A stretch of 60,697 nt of DNA, the filler included. It is 3 parts of 3 records of this genome, joined end to end, with 100 filler letters (N's around TTAATTAATTAA, not from the genome) between each part and the next. Parts side by side here need not be neighbours in the genome. Positions count along the whole stretch, not along the records: positions 1 to 27,429 come from SRR20825006_193; 2 more parts are not named here. One strand, given 5' to 3'. A program made the translations under genes and the position numbers. The notes under the pieces are model-generated. The model ran no database searches. It was not told the origin of the DNA and worked only from the letters and a program-made list of their open reading frames with translations. Positions 1-8,687 of the stretch are shown in pieces; positions within the stretch are counted from its first letter, which is position 1, and each line of letters opens with the position of its first letter.

Positions 1-282
1 ATAATAATCGTAGTAGGATACAAAATATTCTACAGCGTTTTTCGGGAAGAATTGCTTGAATTCTCCATAAAGTTGTGCCGCAAGGGTTTTATTGTGAGCA
101 AGAATGAGCGTTGGTCTCTGCGTTTCCATGATCACATTTGCAACCGTGAACGTTTTACCACTTCCTGTCACTCCAAGCAACGTTTGATGATCTACGCCAG
201 CGTTAATTCCTTCTACCAATTGCTCAATTGCATGAGGTTGGTCTCCTGTAGGTTTAAAATCAGACTCAAGTTGAAAATCCAT
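1..282 (-). CDS. uvrB: Excinuclease ABC subunit B, N-terminal part (runs off the window edge)
   Basis: Not in the ORF track. Manual minus-strand translation from ATG at 282 gives [22 protein letters not shown]...[19 protein letters not shown]...[36 protein letters not shown], with UvrB hallmark motifs (PTGDQP, Walker [17 protein letters not shown]). Confidence 0.97.
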   Translation of the reverse strand, partial: MDFQLESDFKPTGDQPHAIEQLVEGINAGVDHQTLLGVTGSGKTFTVANVIMETQRPTLILAHNKTLAAQLYGEFKQFFPKNAVEYFVSYYDYY

Positions 283-326
283 ACAAACAAAAATAGCAAT
301 TAAACAGGCTGATCAGGGTAAAATTT

Positions 327-334
327 TATCTTTG
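327..334 (+). promoter_or_regulatory. Bacteroidota -7 promoter element (TATCTTTG) for the antiporter gene
   Basis: Exact TAnnTTTG match 18 nt before ATG 353. Supports 353 rather than TTG 332 as the start. Confidence 0.55.
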
Positions 335-352
335 GACTCACAGAAAAAAACT

Positions 353-1324
353 ATGGATTATTTAATGCTTTTGTTGGGACTTGCGGTATTGATCGTAGGC
401 GGTGAATTTCTTGTGCGCGGAGCAGTTGGCTGTTCATCTGCATTTAAAATTTCGCCACTTGTAATAGGAATGACGGTGGTTTCCTTCGGAACATCTGCTC
501 CTGAACTCATTGTAAGTATCGACAGTGCCTTAAGTGGAAACCCTGGAATAGCGATGGGAAATGTCGTTGGCTCGAACATCGCAAATATTGCTTTGGTACT
601 TGGGTTAACAGCGCTCATTTTCCCTATTGTGGCAGGAAGGCAAACAAAGGCAGTGGACTACCCAATGATGATCCTAGCTTCAATTCTGTTTTATTTATTC
701 GCAATCGATAATCTTATCGTTTGGTGGGAAGGAGCAGTTTTGTTTGGGATTTTAGTGGTATTTATCTACTTAATGATCTCAAAATCGAGAAAGAAGACAA
801 AACAGGCACTCGAAGAAGATGCATGTGAATTCGACGAAGCTTTGAAGTTTCCGATGTGGAAATCACTCGTTTTTCTATCAATAGGACTGGTTGGACTCTT
901 TTTTGGCGCGGGCTGGTTCGTTGATGGATCCGTTGGAATCGCAGAAATCCTTTTAGAAGGAAATCCAGATAAGGACACGATCATTGGAGTAACGGTTGTT
1001 GCTTTGGGTACGAGTGCTCCTGAATTGGTTGCGTCTGTGGTTGCGGCATTTAGAAAGCAAACCGATATTGCTTTGGGGAATTTAATCGGTTCCAATATCT
1101 TCAATATCCTAGCAGTAATTGGATTGACGGCTTTCGTGAAACCAATTGAGGTTTCTCACTCGATGCTTAATTTCGACATGCTTTGGATGCTCGGAATCTC
1201 ATTCTTCTTGATTTTCATCTTAGCAGTAGGGAAAAGAATTGGAAGATTGAAAGGAGCGATTCTTACACTGACCTATTTGACATACGTAGCCGTTATTCTC
1301 ATGAGAATTAAGGGGGTTATATAA
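353..1324 (+). CDS. Calcium/sodium antiporter (YrbG/CaCA family)
   Basis: Two alpha-repeats (GTSAPEL...GNVVGSNIANI and GTSAPEL...GNLIGSNIFNI) and about 10 TM segments. Confidence 0.93.
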   Translation: MDYLMLLLGLAVLIVGGEFLVRGAVGCSSAFKISPLVIGMTVVSFGTSAPELIVSIDSALSGNPGIAMGNVVGSNIANIALVLGLTALIFPIVAGRQTKAVDYPMMILASILFYLFAIDNLIVWWEGAVLFGILVVFIYLMISKSRKKTKQALEEDACEFDEALKFPMWKSLVFLSIGLVGLFFGAGWFVDGSVGIAEILLEGNPDKDTIIGVTVVALGTSAPELVASVVAAFRKQTDIALGNLIGSNIFNILAVIGLTAFVKPIEVSHSMLNFDMLWMLGISFFLIFILAVGKRIGRLKGAILTLTYLTYVAVILMRIKGVI

Positions 1325-1359
1325 AAAGAGAACGTACAATTCAATTGCACATTCTCTTT
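1325..1359. terminator. Probable bidirectional intrinsic terminator
   Basis: Imperfect inverted repeat AAAGAGAACGTACAATT / AATTGCACATTCTCTTT between convergent genes. Confidence 0.6.
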
Positions 1360-1384
1360 CGTCACTCTACTTACTACATATTAA

Positions 1385-2032
1385 TTAGTACACGATTACG
1401 CGCTTAGCACCCAAGAACTCATTCTGATTATAGAAATGAAGGAAGTAATTTCCTGTCGGGAGCGATTCCGTCATGAAATTTTTAAAAGGAACCGATTTTA
1501 TAACCTTCCCATCAATGGTATTAATTGACACAGTCGTAATGGTTTCATCCCCGTTATTGTAGAATTTAAACTCACCATTATTCGGGTTTGGAACCACTTT
1601 TAAACCTTGTAATGTTTCCTCAGCGAGTCCACTGGTTTGCTCTGTAACATTAAAGTTTACGGAAACAACATTCGAATCCGAATACGTACAACTGGATTCA
1701 CTCAGTGAAAGAAATGCCGTAAAGTCAAAATCATAAGTACCACTGCTTAATGGACCTATTTCAAGAGTGTCGTATATTTCTGTGATAACTGTAAGGAATC
1801 CCGAATAATAACAAGCTTCGGCTGTTATTGTATTCTGTGAAACTGAAAAAGAACTTTCAATTTTGAAACCGTCGTTCGGTGTGGCTACGAAAGTGACAAT
1901 CTTTATATTATCGGCCGTTGTAGGATTGTTTGGTAGAATTTCAATTGTGCTTATATATGGACAACATGTGTTGGTTTGTGCCGAACTTTGAAATCCTGAG
2001 AATGCGATTAAAAGAAATAGAAATTTTTTCAT
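1385..2032 (-). CDS. Secreted protein with T9SS type A C-terminal sorting domain
   Basis: Sec signal MKKFLFLLIAFSGFQSSAQ; C-terminal VVPNPNNGEF...LPTGNYFLHF...KRVIVY CTD pattern. Confidence 0.8.
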   Translation of the reverse strand: MKKFLFLLIAFSGFQSSAQTNTCCPYISTIEILPNNPTTADNIKIVTFVATPNDGFKIESSFSVSQNTITAEACYYSGFLTVITEIYDTLEIGPLSSGTYDFDFTAFLSLSESSCTYSDSNVVSVNFNVTEQTSGLAEETLQGLKVVPNPNNGEFKFYNNGDETITTVSINTIDGKVIKSVPFKNFMTESLPTGNYFLHFYNQNEFLGAKRVIVY

Positions 2033-2171
2033 AAAATTAATTTGAAGTTTCTTTTAGAATGACTCTCACACCAAAAGGGTTGCACGTGAATTAATAAAGA
2101 ATGGAATTCATTTCGATATTTTGCGCGATTTTATTTTGGAAGAGATACCTTTGTCTAAATTTTTTACCCTG

Positions 2172-3533
2172 ATGAAAATCTACAACAATATATTAGAGAC
2201 TATCGGAAATACTCCGTTAGTAAAGTTAAATGTGCTTACAAAGGAAGTGAAGGCGACCGTTTTAGCGAAAGTTGAAACAACGAATCCAGGAAATTCTGTG
2301 AAAGACAGAATGGCGTTAAAAATGATCGAAGATGCTGAGGCAGCTGGAATCATCAAACCGGGAGGAACAATTATCGAAGGAACTTCTGGAAATACAGGAA
2401 TGGGACTTGCTCTAGCATGTATTATTAAAGGATACAAATTAATTTGTGTACTAAATGATAAACAATCGAAAGAGAAAATGGATATCCTTCGCGCTGTTGG
2501 TGCGGAAGTCGTTGTTTGCCCTACGGCTGTTGAGCCTACCGATCCGCGTTCATATTATTCTGTTTCGAAAAGATTGGCAGCTGAAACACCAAATTCTTGG
2601 TATGTAAATCAATACGACAATCTTTCGAATCGCACAGCACATTACGAGCAAACTGGACCAGAAATTTGGGATCAAACGGACGGGAAAGTAACGCATTTTG
2701 TAGTGGGTGTTGGAACTGGAGGAACGATTTCAGGAGTTGGACAATACTTGAAAGAACAAAATCCAAATGTGAAGATTTGGGGGATTGATACGTACGGATC
2801 TGTCTTCAAAAAGTACCATGAAACGGGAATTTTTGATGAAAACGAGATTTATCCCTACATCACAGAAGGAATTGGAGAAGATATTCTTCCAAAGAATGTT
2901 GATTTTTCAGTGATTGATCACTTTGAAAAAGTTACAGATAAAGATGCTGCCGTTTTTACACGTCGTTTGGCGCGTGAGGAAGGAATTTTTGTAGGGAACT
3001 CAGCTGGATCAGCGATTAAGGGATTGCTTCAAATGAAAGATCAGTTAACAGAAGACGATGTAGTAGTAGTGTTGTTCCACGATCACGGAAGTCGATATGT
3101 TGGAAAAATCTTCAACGACGATTGGATGCGCGAGCGTGGATTCCTTGATGAGCACATTAAAACAGCTGCAGATTTAGTCTCAAAACATGGAGATCGACCT
3201 TTAGTTTCACTTTACGGTGAAGAATTGGTTTCTCACGCGATTGACAAGATCAGAAAGTACTCGATTTCTCAAATTCCAGTTATGAAAGACGGAAAATTTG
3301 TTGGGTCAATTGACGATAATAAAGTGTACCAATTGTTGGTGGATCAACCAGAAATGCGCGACACAGCTATTTCATCGATCATGGGAGCTCCTTTTCCTGT
3401 CGTTTCCGGAGCAACAAGAATTGAAGAAATTTCAAAATTGATTAGCAAAGATACGTCCGCGGTATTAGTGGACTTAGGAGATGGAAATCATCATATTATA
3501 ACGCGTCACGATTTAATCGCTGCGATTGCATAA
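2172..3533 (+). CDS. Cystathionine beta-synthase / cysteine synthase family PLP enzyme with C-terminal CBS domains
   Basis: IGNTPLV, NPGNSVKDR (PLP lysine), EGTSGNTG, GVGTGGT and a C-terminal CBS pair. TACCTTTG at 2146-2153 supports ATG 2172. Confidence 0.93.
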   Translation: MKIYNNILETIGNTPLVKLNVLTKEVKATVLAKVETTNPGNSVKDRMALKMIEDAEAAGIIKPGGTIIEGTSGNTGMGLALACIIKGYKLICVLNDKQSKEKMDILRAVGAEVVVCPTAVEPTDPRSYYSVSKRLAAETPNSWYVNQYDNLSNRTAHYEQTGPEIWDQTDGKVTHFVVGVGTGGTISGVGQYLKEQNPNVKIWGIDTYGSVFKKYHETGIFDENEIYPYITEGIGEDILPKNVDFSVIDHFEKVTDKDAAVFTRRLAREEGIFVGNSAGSAIKGLLQMKDQLTEDDVVVVLFHDHGSRYVGKIFNDDWMRERGFLDEHIKTAADLVSKHGDRPLVSLYGEELVSHAIDKIRKYSISQIPVMKDGKFVGSIDDNKVYQLLVDQPEMRDTAISSIMGAPFPVVSGATRIEEISKLISKDTSAVLVDLGDGNHHIITRHDLIAAIA

Positions 3534-4319
3534 ATGAACGAATTTAAAGACCAAATGAATCAAACAATCCGACTGGCAACTGTGCCACGTCGGATTGTTT
3601 CGTTAGTACCTTCGCAAACACAACTTTTGCACTTTTTGGGTCTTGAGGAAGAAGTTGTGGGCATCACTAAGTTTTGCATAAAACCAAATGAATGGTTCGA
3701 ATCAAAAACAAGAGTTGGAGGGACTAAATCCGCGAACTTTGATTTGGTCTTTGGATTAAAACCTGATTTGATTATTGGAAACAAGGAAGAAAATCAAAAG
3801 GAAAACATTGAATGCCTCAAAAAAATAGCTCCCGTTTGGATGAGCGACATCTACGATCTTGCTGATGCGCTAGAAATGATGCGTTTATTGGGTGAAATTA
3901 CAGATAAAACAAGTGAAGTTGATCACTTAATCACCAAGATTAATAAGGAATTCCGACTTCTCCGTGAAGCAGTTGAAACATCTTTCGTTCGCGGAAAATC
4001 AGTCCTTTACTTTATTTGGAACGATCCAAAAATGGTTTCAGGAACCAACACATTTGTAGATGCAATGCTCTCAAAATGCGGATTAGTTAATGCTTGTCAA
4101 GAAGAACGATATCCAGATGTGACCAACACCGATCTTGCTCCAGATTACGTATTTCTGAGCTCCGAACCGTTTCCCTTCGCAGAAAAACACTTGGAAGATT
4201 TTCAAGAAAAATACCCCAAAGCGAAAATTGTGCTTGTCGATGGCGAAATGTTTTCGTGGTACGGTTCCAAACTAAAAGAAGCCCCTAAATATTTCCGAGA
4301 ATTGATACAGTCGCTTTGA
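3534..4319 (+). CDS. Helical-backbone metal receptor / BtuF-like substrate-binding protein
   Basis: RIVSLVPSQT, VGITKFC, VGGTK, KEEN and VDGEMFSWYG motifs. Confidence 0.88.
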   Translation: MNEFKDQMNQTIRLATVPRRIVSLVPSQTQLLHFLGLEEEVVGITKFCIKPNEWFESKTRVGGTKSANFDLVFGLKPDLIIGNKEENQKENIECLKKIAPVWMSDIYDLADALEMMRLLGEITDKTSEVDHLITKINKEFRLLREAVETSFVRGKSVLYFIWNDPKMVSGTNTFVDAMLSKCGLVNACQEERYPDVTNTDLAPDYVFLSSEPFPFAEKHLEDFQEKYPKAKIVLVDGEMFSWYGSKLKEAPKYFRELIQSL

Positions 4320-4327
4320 TTCAATGA

Positions 4328-4486
4328 AAGATTTTAAGACTGCAAGAGATAAGATTTTAAGACGAAGGATATTTGCATCCAAATCCCCCGCGTCTAGTCT
4401 ATCAGTCTTTAATCTTTCGTCTGGCAGTCTGGCAGTCTGGTAGTCTTGTAATCTTCTAGTCTTCTAGTCTTCTAATCTTGCGGTCT
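4328..4486. repeat. Intergenic short-period repeat element: AAGATTTTAAGAC x2 facing a drifting 8-nt tandem array
   Basis: AAGATTTTAAGAC at 4328 and 4351. Octamers from 4419: GTCTGGCA, GTCTGGCA, GTCTGGTA, GTCTTGTA, ATCTTCTA, GTCTTCTA, GTCTTCTA, ATCTTGCG. Confidence 0.85.
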
Positions 4487-5801
4487 ACTTAACCACCTCA
4501 GTCCTCACTAAAAACTCAAGAATTGCACCAATCGGAGTCGACTTTGAAGCAAAATTAATCCTCCCTGAAATCTTTGACTTCCCACTTTTTGGAACTGAAA
4601 TCGATAGATTAATTTTTTCCATTGAGTGAATGAAATTTTCCGTAGCTAGAAAAGTCGGCATCAAACGAGCAAAGCGCAAATAAGAATCATCTCCGCGAAG
4701 GGTCATAACAGTTGAGGGATTTCCAGTAATCAACATAAAGTGATTTACACTCGCATAAACAGGTTTCTCACGACCAATATAAATTGTTTTATAGTCAACT
4801 TGTTGATAGAAATATTTTTCCCCAACACATTTGAACGTTTCGGAAGTTAGATCAGAAATAGCCTCGTTTTTAAGGTGTTCAGCTAGAAACATAGAAATGC
4901 TCACAGAGTCATCATACCCTAAAAGGACATCTATTTCAGGCAAAAACATCATGTTTCGATCGGTGGTGATATCCGTTCCGCGATAATTTAAACTCAACGA
5001 AGAAACTCCCGAAGGCAAACTAGGTAAGAATGATTCCAATATATACGAAACGGTATCCTTCAAATTACCCGTTATCGAGGAATGCGAAAAATGGAAGCCG
5101 TTTGGTTTGAGTTGCCTGTATTTCGCATCTTCTCTCCCTGCGATATCCAACTGACCATTGAACATCACATCATTTTCCTGAGCAGAAACATGCAATTCTC
5201 CGTGATATCCATCCGTATCAATCCAAAAAGAACTCAGAACATTTTCACCTTTTTTACTGGTTTTTGTTGACGTAGTATTTTTAGCTATTTGAAGCGCATA
5301 TTGAGCTAACTTTTCAGAACCAATCGTTGCGTTTTTTGAACCTGGAACCAAAAGAATTCCTACTTTATTATCCGAAGAAATAGCAATTTTTCCTGTTTCT
5401 GAAATCTCTAAGAGGTTTCTAAACTTTTCTGAATTGCTCAGGTTGAACATAAAAGCTAAAAATCTTTCGCCATCGCGTTTGATGGAACTCACGTATACAT
5501 CAGAGAGAAAATCAATTCCAAAATCAGATGACTCCGTAGATGAAGTTCTATTCTCCACCAATTCTTGAATGAGGTCAACTATCTCACTTTCATCTGACGT
5601 CAGAAATGCCTCTGAAAAACTCTCCTTAAAGAAAGCATTTCCGTCCATTCTTATCGTCCAGCGGGCGTCTGAAGGAACATATTGTGCGTTAGTATTCTCT
5701 GGGTTACTTACAATGACTGAAGCAATTCCCCAGATGAGGAAAAATATCAATGCTAAGAAGGTGATTCCGAGCAGTTTAAATATGATAGTGCTTTTACGCA
5801 T
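4485..5801 (-). CDS. Hypothetical membrane-anchored periplasmic protein
   Basis: Long ORF with one N-terminal TM segment (LLGITFLALIFFLIWGIASVIV). No motif recognised. ATG 5801 preferred over the TTG at 5831. Confidence 0.7.
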   Translation of the reverse strand: MRKSTIIFKLLGITFLALIFFLIWGIASVIVSNPENTNAQYVPSDARWTIRMDGNAFFKESFSEAFLTSDESEIVDLIQELVENRTSSTESSDFGIDFLSDVYVSSIKRDGERFLAFMFNLSNSEKFRNLLEISETGKIAISSDNKVGILLVPGSKNATIGSEKLAQYALQIAKNTTSTKTSKKGENVLSSFWIDTDGYHGELHVSAQENDVMFNGQLDIAGREDAKYRQLKPNGFHFSHSSITGNLKDTVSYILESFLPSLPSGVSSLSLNYRGTDITTDRNMMFLPEIDVLLGYDDSVSISMFLAEHLKNEAISDLTSETFKCVGEKYFYQQVDYKTIYIGREKPVYASVNHFMLITGNPSTVMTLRGDDSYLRFARLMPTFLATENFIHSMEKINLSISVPKSGKSKISGRINFASKSTPIGAILEFLVRTEVVK

Positions 5802-5843
5802 GGTCAAAAGTAAGTGTAATTGTTTAATCATTACTTTTGAACA

Positions 5844-6401
5844 ATGAAAAAAATTGCGGTATTCTTACTTTGGTTGATGGGATGGAAGGTCGATAAGACG
5901 GCTCCAGATGGGGTGAAAAAATGTGTGATTGTAGTTGGACCTCATACTTCTAACTGGGATTTTATCATAGGTCGACTTGCGTTTAAAACATACGGTGTAA
6001 ATGCACGCTTCCTAATCAAAAAGGAACTTTTCTTTCCTCCAATGGGTTGGATTTTAAAGGCAATGGGAGGAATTCCTGTGGATCGAAAAGGGAAAAATGA
6101 TGTAACGAACACGGCGGTACGTTGTTTTGAAGAAAATGAATCCATGTACATTGTTTTCACACCAGAAGGAACACGGAGCTATAATCCCAATTGGAAAAAA
6201 GGATTCTATCACATTGCTCGCAAAGCGAACGTTCCAATTTACATCGCTTACATGGACTTCGAGCGAAAAATAGGCGGTTTTTACGAACCATTCACGCCAA
6301 CGGGTGATCCAATGGCAGATATTGCGTACATCAAAAGTGTACTTAGCCAGTTCAAAGGAAAGTATCCTGAAAACGGAATCCGAAAAGTAGAAGATGAGTA
6401 A
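5844..6401 (+). CDS. 1-acyl-sn-glycerol-3-phosphate acyltransferase (PlsC family)
   Basis: PHTSNWD (HxxxxD), GGIPVDR and TPEGTRS acyltransferase blocks. Confidence 0.92.
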   Translation: MKKIAVFLLWLMGWKVDKTAPDGVKKCVIVVGPHTSNWDFIIGRLAFKTYGVNARFLIKKELFFPPMGWILKAMGGIPVDRKGKNDVTNTAVRCFEENESMYIVFTPEGTRSYNPNWKKGFYHIARKANVPIYIAYMDFERKIGGFYEPFTPTGDPMADIAYIKSVLSQFKGKYPENGIRKVEDE

Positions 6402-7937
6402 TTAAGGTTTCAGCTCAATTTTAGGTTGAGACAATTCCTCTGAAGCATTTACCTCTGAATTAAACAGTCCTTGATTTTCTGAAGCTCCATACAAAGCTGG
6501 CATTACGTATTTTCCTTTTTGACCGTCGCGCTTTTCAATCTCCGTTTCACGTTGTTCGGGATACGTTTGAAGATAGGCATCGTTTCTTTCAGAGTAAATA
6601 GTCCATGAAACTTTTAGTCCGTCGGTTCCCCCGGCAATTACAAATTTCCCATCCGTCAACTCTTCTTTAATGTAAAGCTGTGCGAAGCCACCAATCGGCG
6701 TTAGATGATAACTCGGATTAGTGTTGATCGCGTCATAGTAATTTGGAAGTTCAACGATTGCTTCTCCATTTGCATCCAGCACGATATTCCCACGATAGAT
6801 GTTCAACACTTCGTTTGATTCAGTAGAAAAATGACGCAAGAATTTATTTTCTGGATCAGTCGGATGGTCAATCAGAAATGTTTTTGTTCCCGTTGCTCCA
6901 AGGTTTCCATTTGACAAAACTCCATACGCTCCGTTAATTGACCCCAGGTATCTATCTTCTCCAAGGACACCATAATATCCTTTTCCAGCTGATCCGATTC
7001 CGTTTCCAAGCGGTGCAATATTGTCGAAGTTTTCCGCGTAAACAGCATTTCCTGAGCTATAGTTTGTTTGTCCAACAACTCCGTTTACACCGATTCCAAA
7101 TACTCCATGACCACCAGTTGTTCGAAGGTTTGAACCATACACAGCCGCTTGTGCTGTTGCGGATTGTGCTACTTGTCCAGAAACTCCCCAAGCCGCGCCT
7201 GTGCTGTTTCCAATGATTCCTGAGGCATTCGTCGACGAGGAAGCAGTAGACGATTGTATCGTTGAAAAAGTGTTCGAAGGATTGGAAGAGGTTGCAATAA
7301 TGGAAACGCCCGTGCCTGCGTTTGTTGCGCGTAATCCAATAGCGTTTGAGCCAACCGCATTAATTTCAACTTCACCTGCATCTGCTGTGATGATTCTGCC
7401 TGCACCTGATCCACCTTGATCATAAGCGCCATCCAATGTGTTTCCTTGTCCTAAACTCGCGAGAGAGACAGTGTTTCCACCAGAAATAGTAAGATCAGTT
7501 CCTGACAATGCAAGTGTTTGGGGACTCCCTGAATTTCCTGAATTTTCGGCGTAAAGCGCGTAAGGAACACTCAAAAATTGAGATGTACCTGAAATGGAAT
7601 AGGTTGTTCCTCCCGTTGGATCAGTTTCTGTCTTCAAAAAGAGCGGGCCGTTCGACCAATCAATTGCGCCAAATGAACCAGAAACAAGTGTTCCTGTTCC
7701 GATTTGTAAAGTCGCCAGTCCATTTTGATTAGTGGTTGGAGTGTGACGTTCAATGAAAAGAGCCACGCCATTTGCTGAACCTTGAAGAACGCTTATTTGT
7801 ACTCCAACGGAACTCGTTGAGATCAAATTATTACTTGCGTCGCGAATAACAGCTTGATAAGACATGCTTTGTGGTGCTTGTGCTTGAATAGAAAAGTAAG
7901 AGATTAAAAAAGCAAAAGAGAGTACTAGGTGTTTCAT
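6402..7937 (-). CDS. Exported fibre-like protein: conserved Bacteroidota N-terminal domain, Gly-rich beta-repeat shaft, tail-fibre-like C-terminal domain
   Basis: Signal peptide, then QAPQSMSYQAVIRD...SVPYALYA, repeated GVxG/AVYG units, and C-terminal KTFLIDHPTDPENKFLRH...LTPIG domain. The ORF is clear; the function is inferred. Confidence 0.7.
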   Translation of the reverse strand: MKHLVLSFAFLISYFSIQAQAPQSMSYQAVIRDASNNLISTSSVGVQISVLQGSANGVALFIERHTPTTNQNGLATLQIGTGTLVSGSFGAIDWSNGPLFLKTETDPTGGTTYSISGTSQFLSVPYALYAENSGNSGSPQTLALSGTDLTISGGNTVSLASLGQGNTLDGAYDQGGSGAGRIITADAGEVEINAVGSNAIGLRATNAGTGVSIIATSSNPSNTFSTIQSSTASSSTNASGIIGNSTGAAWGVSGQVAQSATAQAAVYGSNLRTTGGHGVFGIGVNGVVGQTNYSSGNAVYAENFDNIAPLGNGIGSAGKGYYGVLGEDRYLGSINGAYGVLSNGNLGATGTKTFLIDHPTDPENKFLRHFSTESNEVLNIYRGNIVLDANGEAIVELPNYYDAINTNPSYHLTPIGGFAQLYIKEELTDGKFVIAGGTDGLKVSWTIYSERNDAYLQTYPEQRETEIEKRDGQKGKYVMPALYGASENQGLFNSEVNASEELSQPKIELKP

Positions 7938-7940
7938 AGT

Positions 7941-8411
7941 TTAGTGTTTAATAAGTTTGTAGGTGTTAAGCGTTGTAGATTTTTGAATTAATTCAAGGTG
8001 ATAACTTCCTTGAGCGAGCGCATGTATGTCAATCGTTGATTTTTCTTCTTGAATGTCGGCTTCGAGAATGATTTTCCCGTTCAGATCACTCAAACGGTAA
8101 TGTAAATCAAGACGATCAGAATCAATGAGAAGCGTGATGTAATCGGAAGACGGGTTTGGGTAAAGTTGAATAGAGACGTCTTCTAATTCTTCCATTCCAA
8201 CGACTAAATAGAATTCGAATGGTTGTTGAACTCCTTCATTTACGGAAGCTCCGGAAGTATAAGAATTGTAGTCAATTTGTCCGATTGAATAATTGACTTC
8301 TCCGCCAGTTCCTGAAGCATTTCCTCCAGTTGCAACGGTAGCTTGTTGTGCGTAAAACGCCGAGCAAATTGATGAGCCGAGTAAAATCAGACCAATTTTT
8401 TTGAATAGCAT
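7941..8411 (-). CDS. Small T9SS type A cargo protein
   Basis: MLFKKIGLILLG signal, ATGGNASGTGGEVNYSIGQ...EGVQQP domain, then LYPNPSSDYI...LAQGSYHL...YKLIKH CTD. Confidence 0.87.
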   Translation of the reverse strand: MLFKKIGLILLGSSICSAFYAQQATVATGGNASGTGGEVNYSIGQIDYNSYTSGASVNEGVQQPFEFYLVVGMEELEDVSIQLYPNPSSDYITLLIDSDRLDLHYRLSDLNGKIILEADIQEEKSTIDIHALAQGSYHLELIQKSTTLNTYKLIKH

Positions 8412-8481
8412 GTGCAGTAGTTTGACTACAATGTACGCATTTTTGATAAAAAATAGAGATCGGAATAGGTCGCTTCTTAAC

Positions 8482-8667
8482 CTACTTTTTAGGCGGCGAC
8501 AATCGCTCTTTTTCTTTGTACGGACAGTGTCGACATCCATTTTTGCAGCAGTAGCCGCGCTTGAGCAAGTATTTCTCAGTAAAAATCAAGTATCCCTCTG
8601 GACTCAAGTAATAATCTTGGGGATCTAATTGACTTCTTTTCGAAAAACCTGACATGTCATCGCTCAT
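8482..8667 (-). CDS. DUF5522 small cysteine-rich protein
   Basis: DYYLSPEGYLIFTEKYLLKRGYCCKNGCRHCPY signature. Confidence 0.88.
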   Translation of the reverse strand: MSDDMSGFSKRSQLDPQDYYLSPEGYLIFTEKYLLKRGYCCKNGCRHCPYKEKERLSPPKK

Positions 8668-8687
8668 GACACAAATTTAGTAGATAT

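Noticed and set aside
52..303. 83-aa plus-strand ORF
   Set aside because: It is the antisense shadow of uvrB, which is clearly encoded on the minus strand.
3534..4319. Cobalamin riboswitch-controlled uptake locus
   Set aside because: The gene directly abuts the upstream CDS with no leader, and no permease or TonB-dependent receptor is adjacent.
4419..4486. Tandem repeats as a possible CRISPR array
   Set aside because: The period is 8 nt with no unique spacers, and there are no cas genes.
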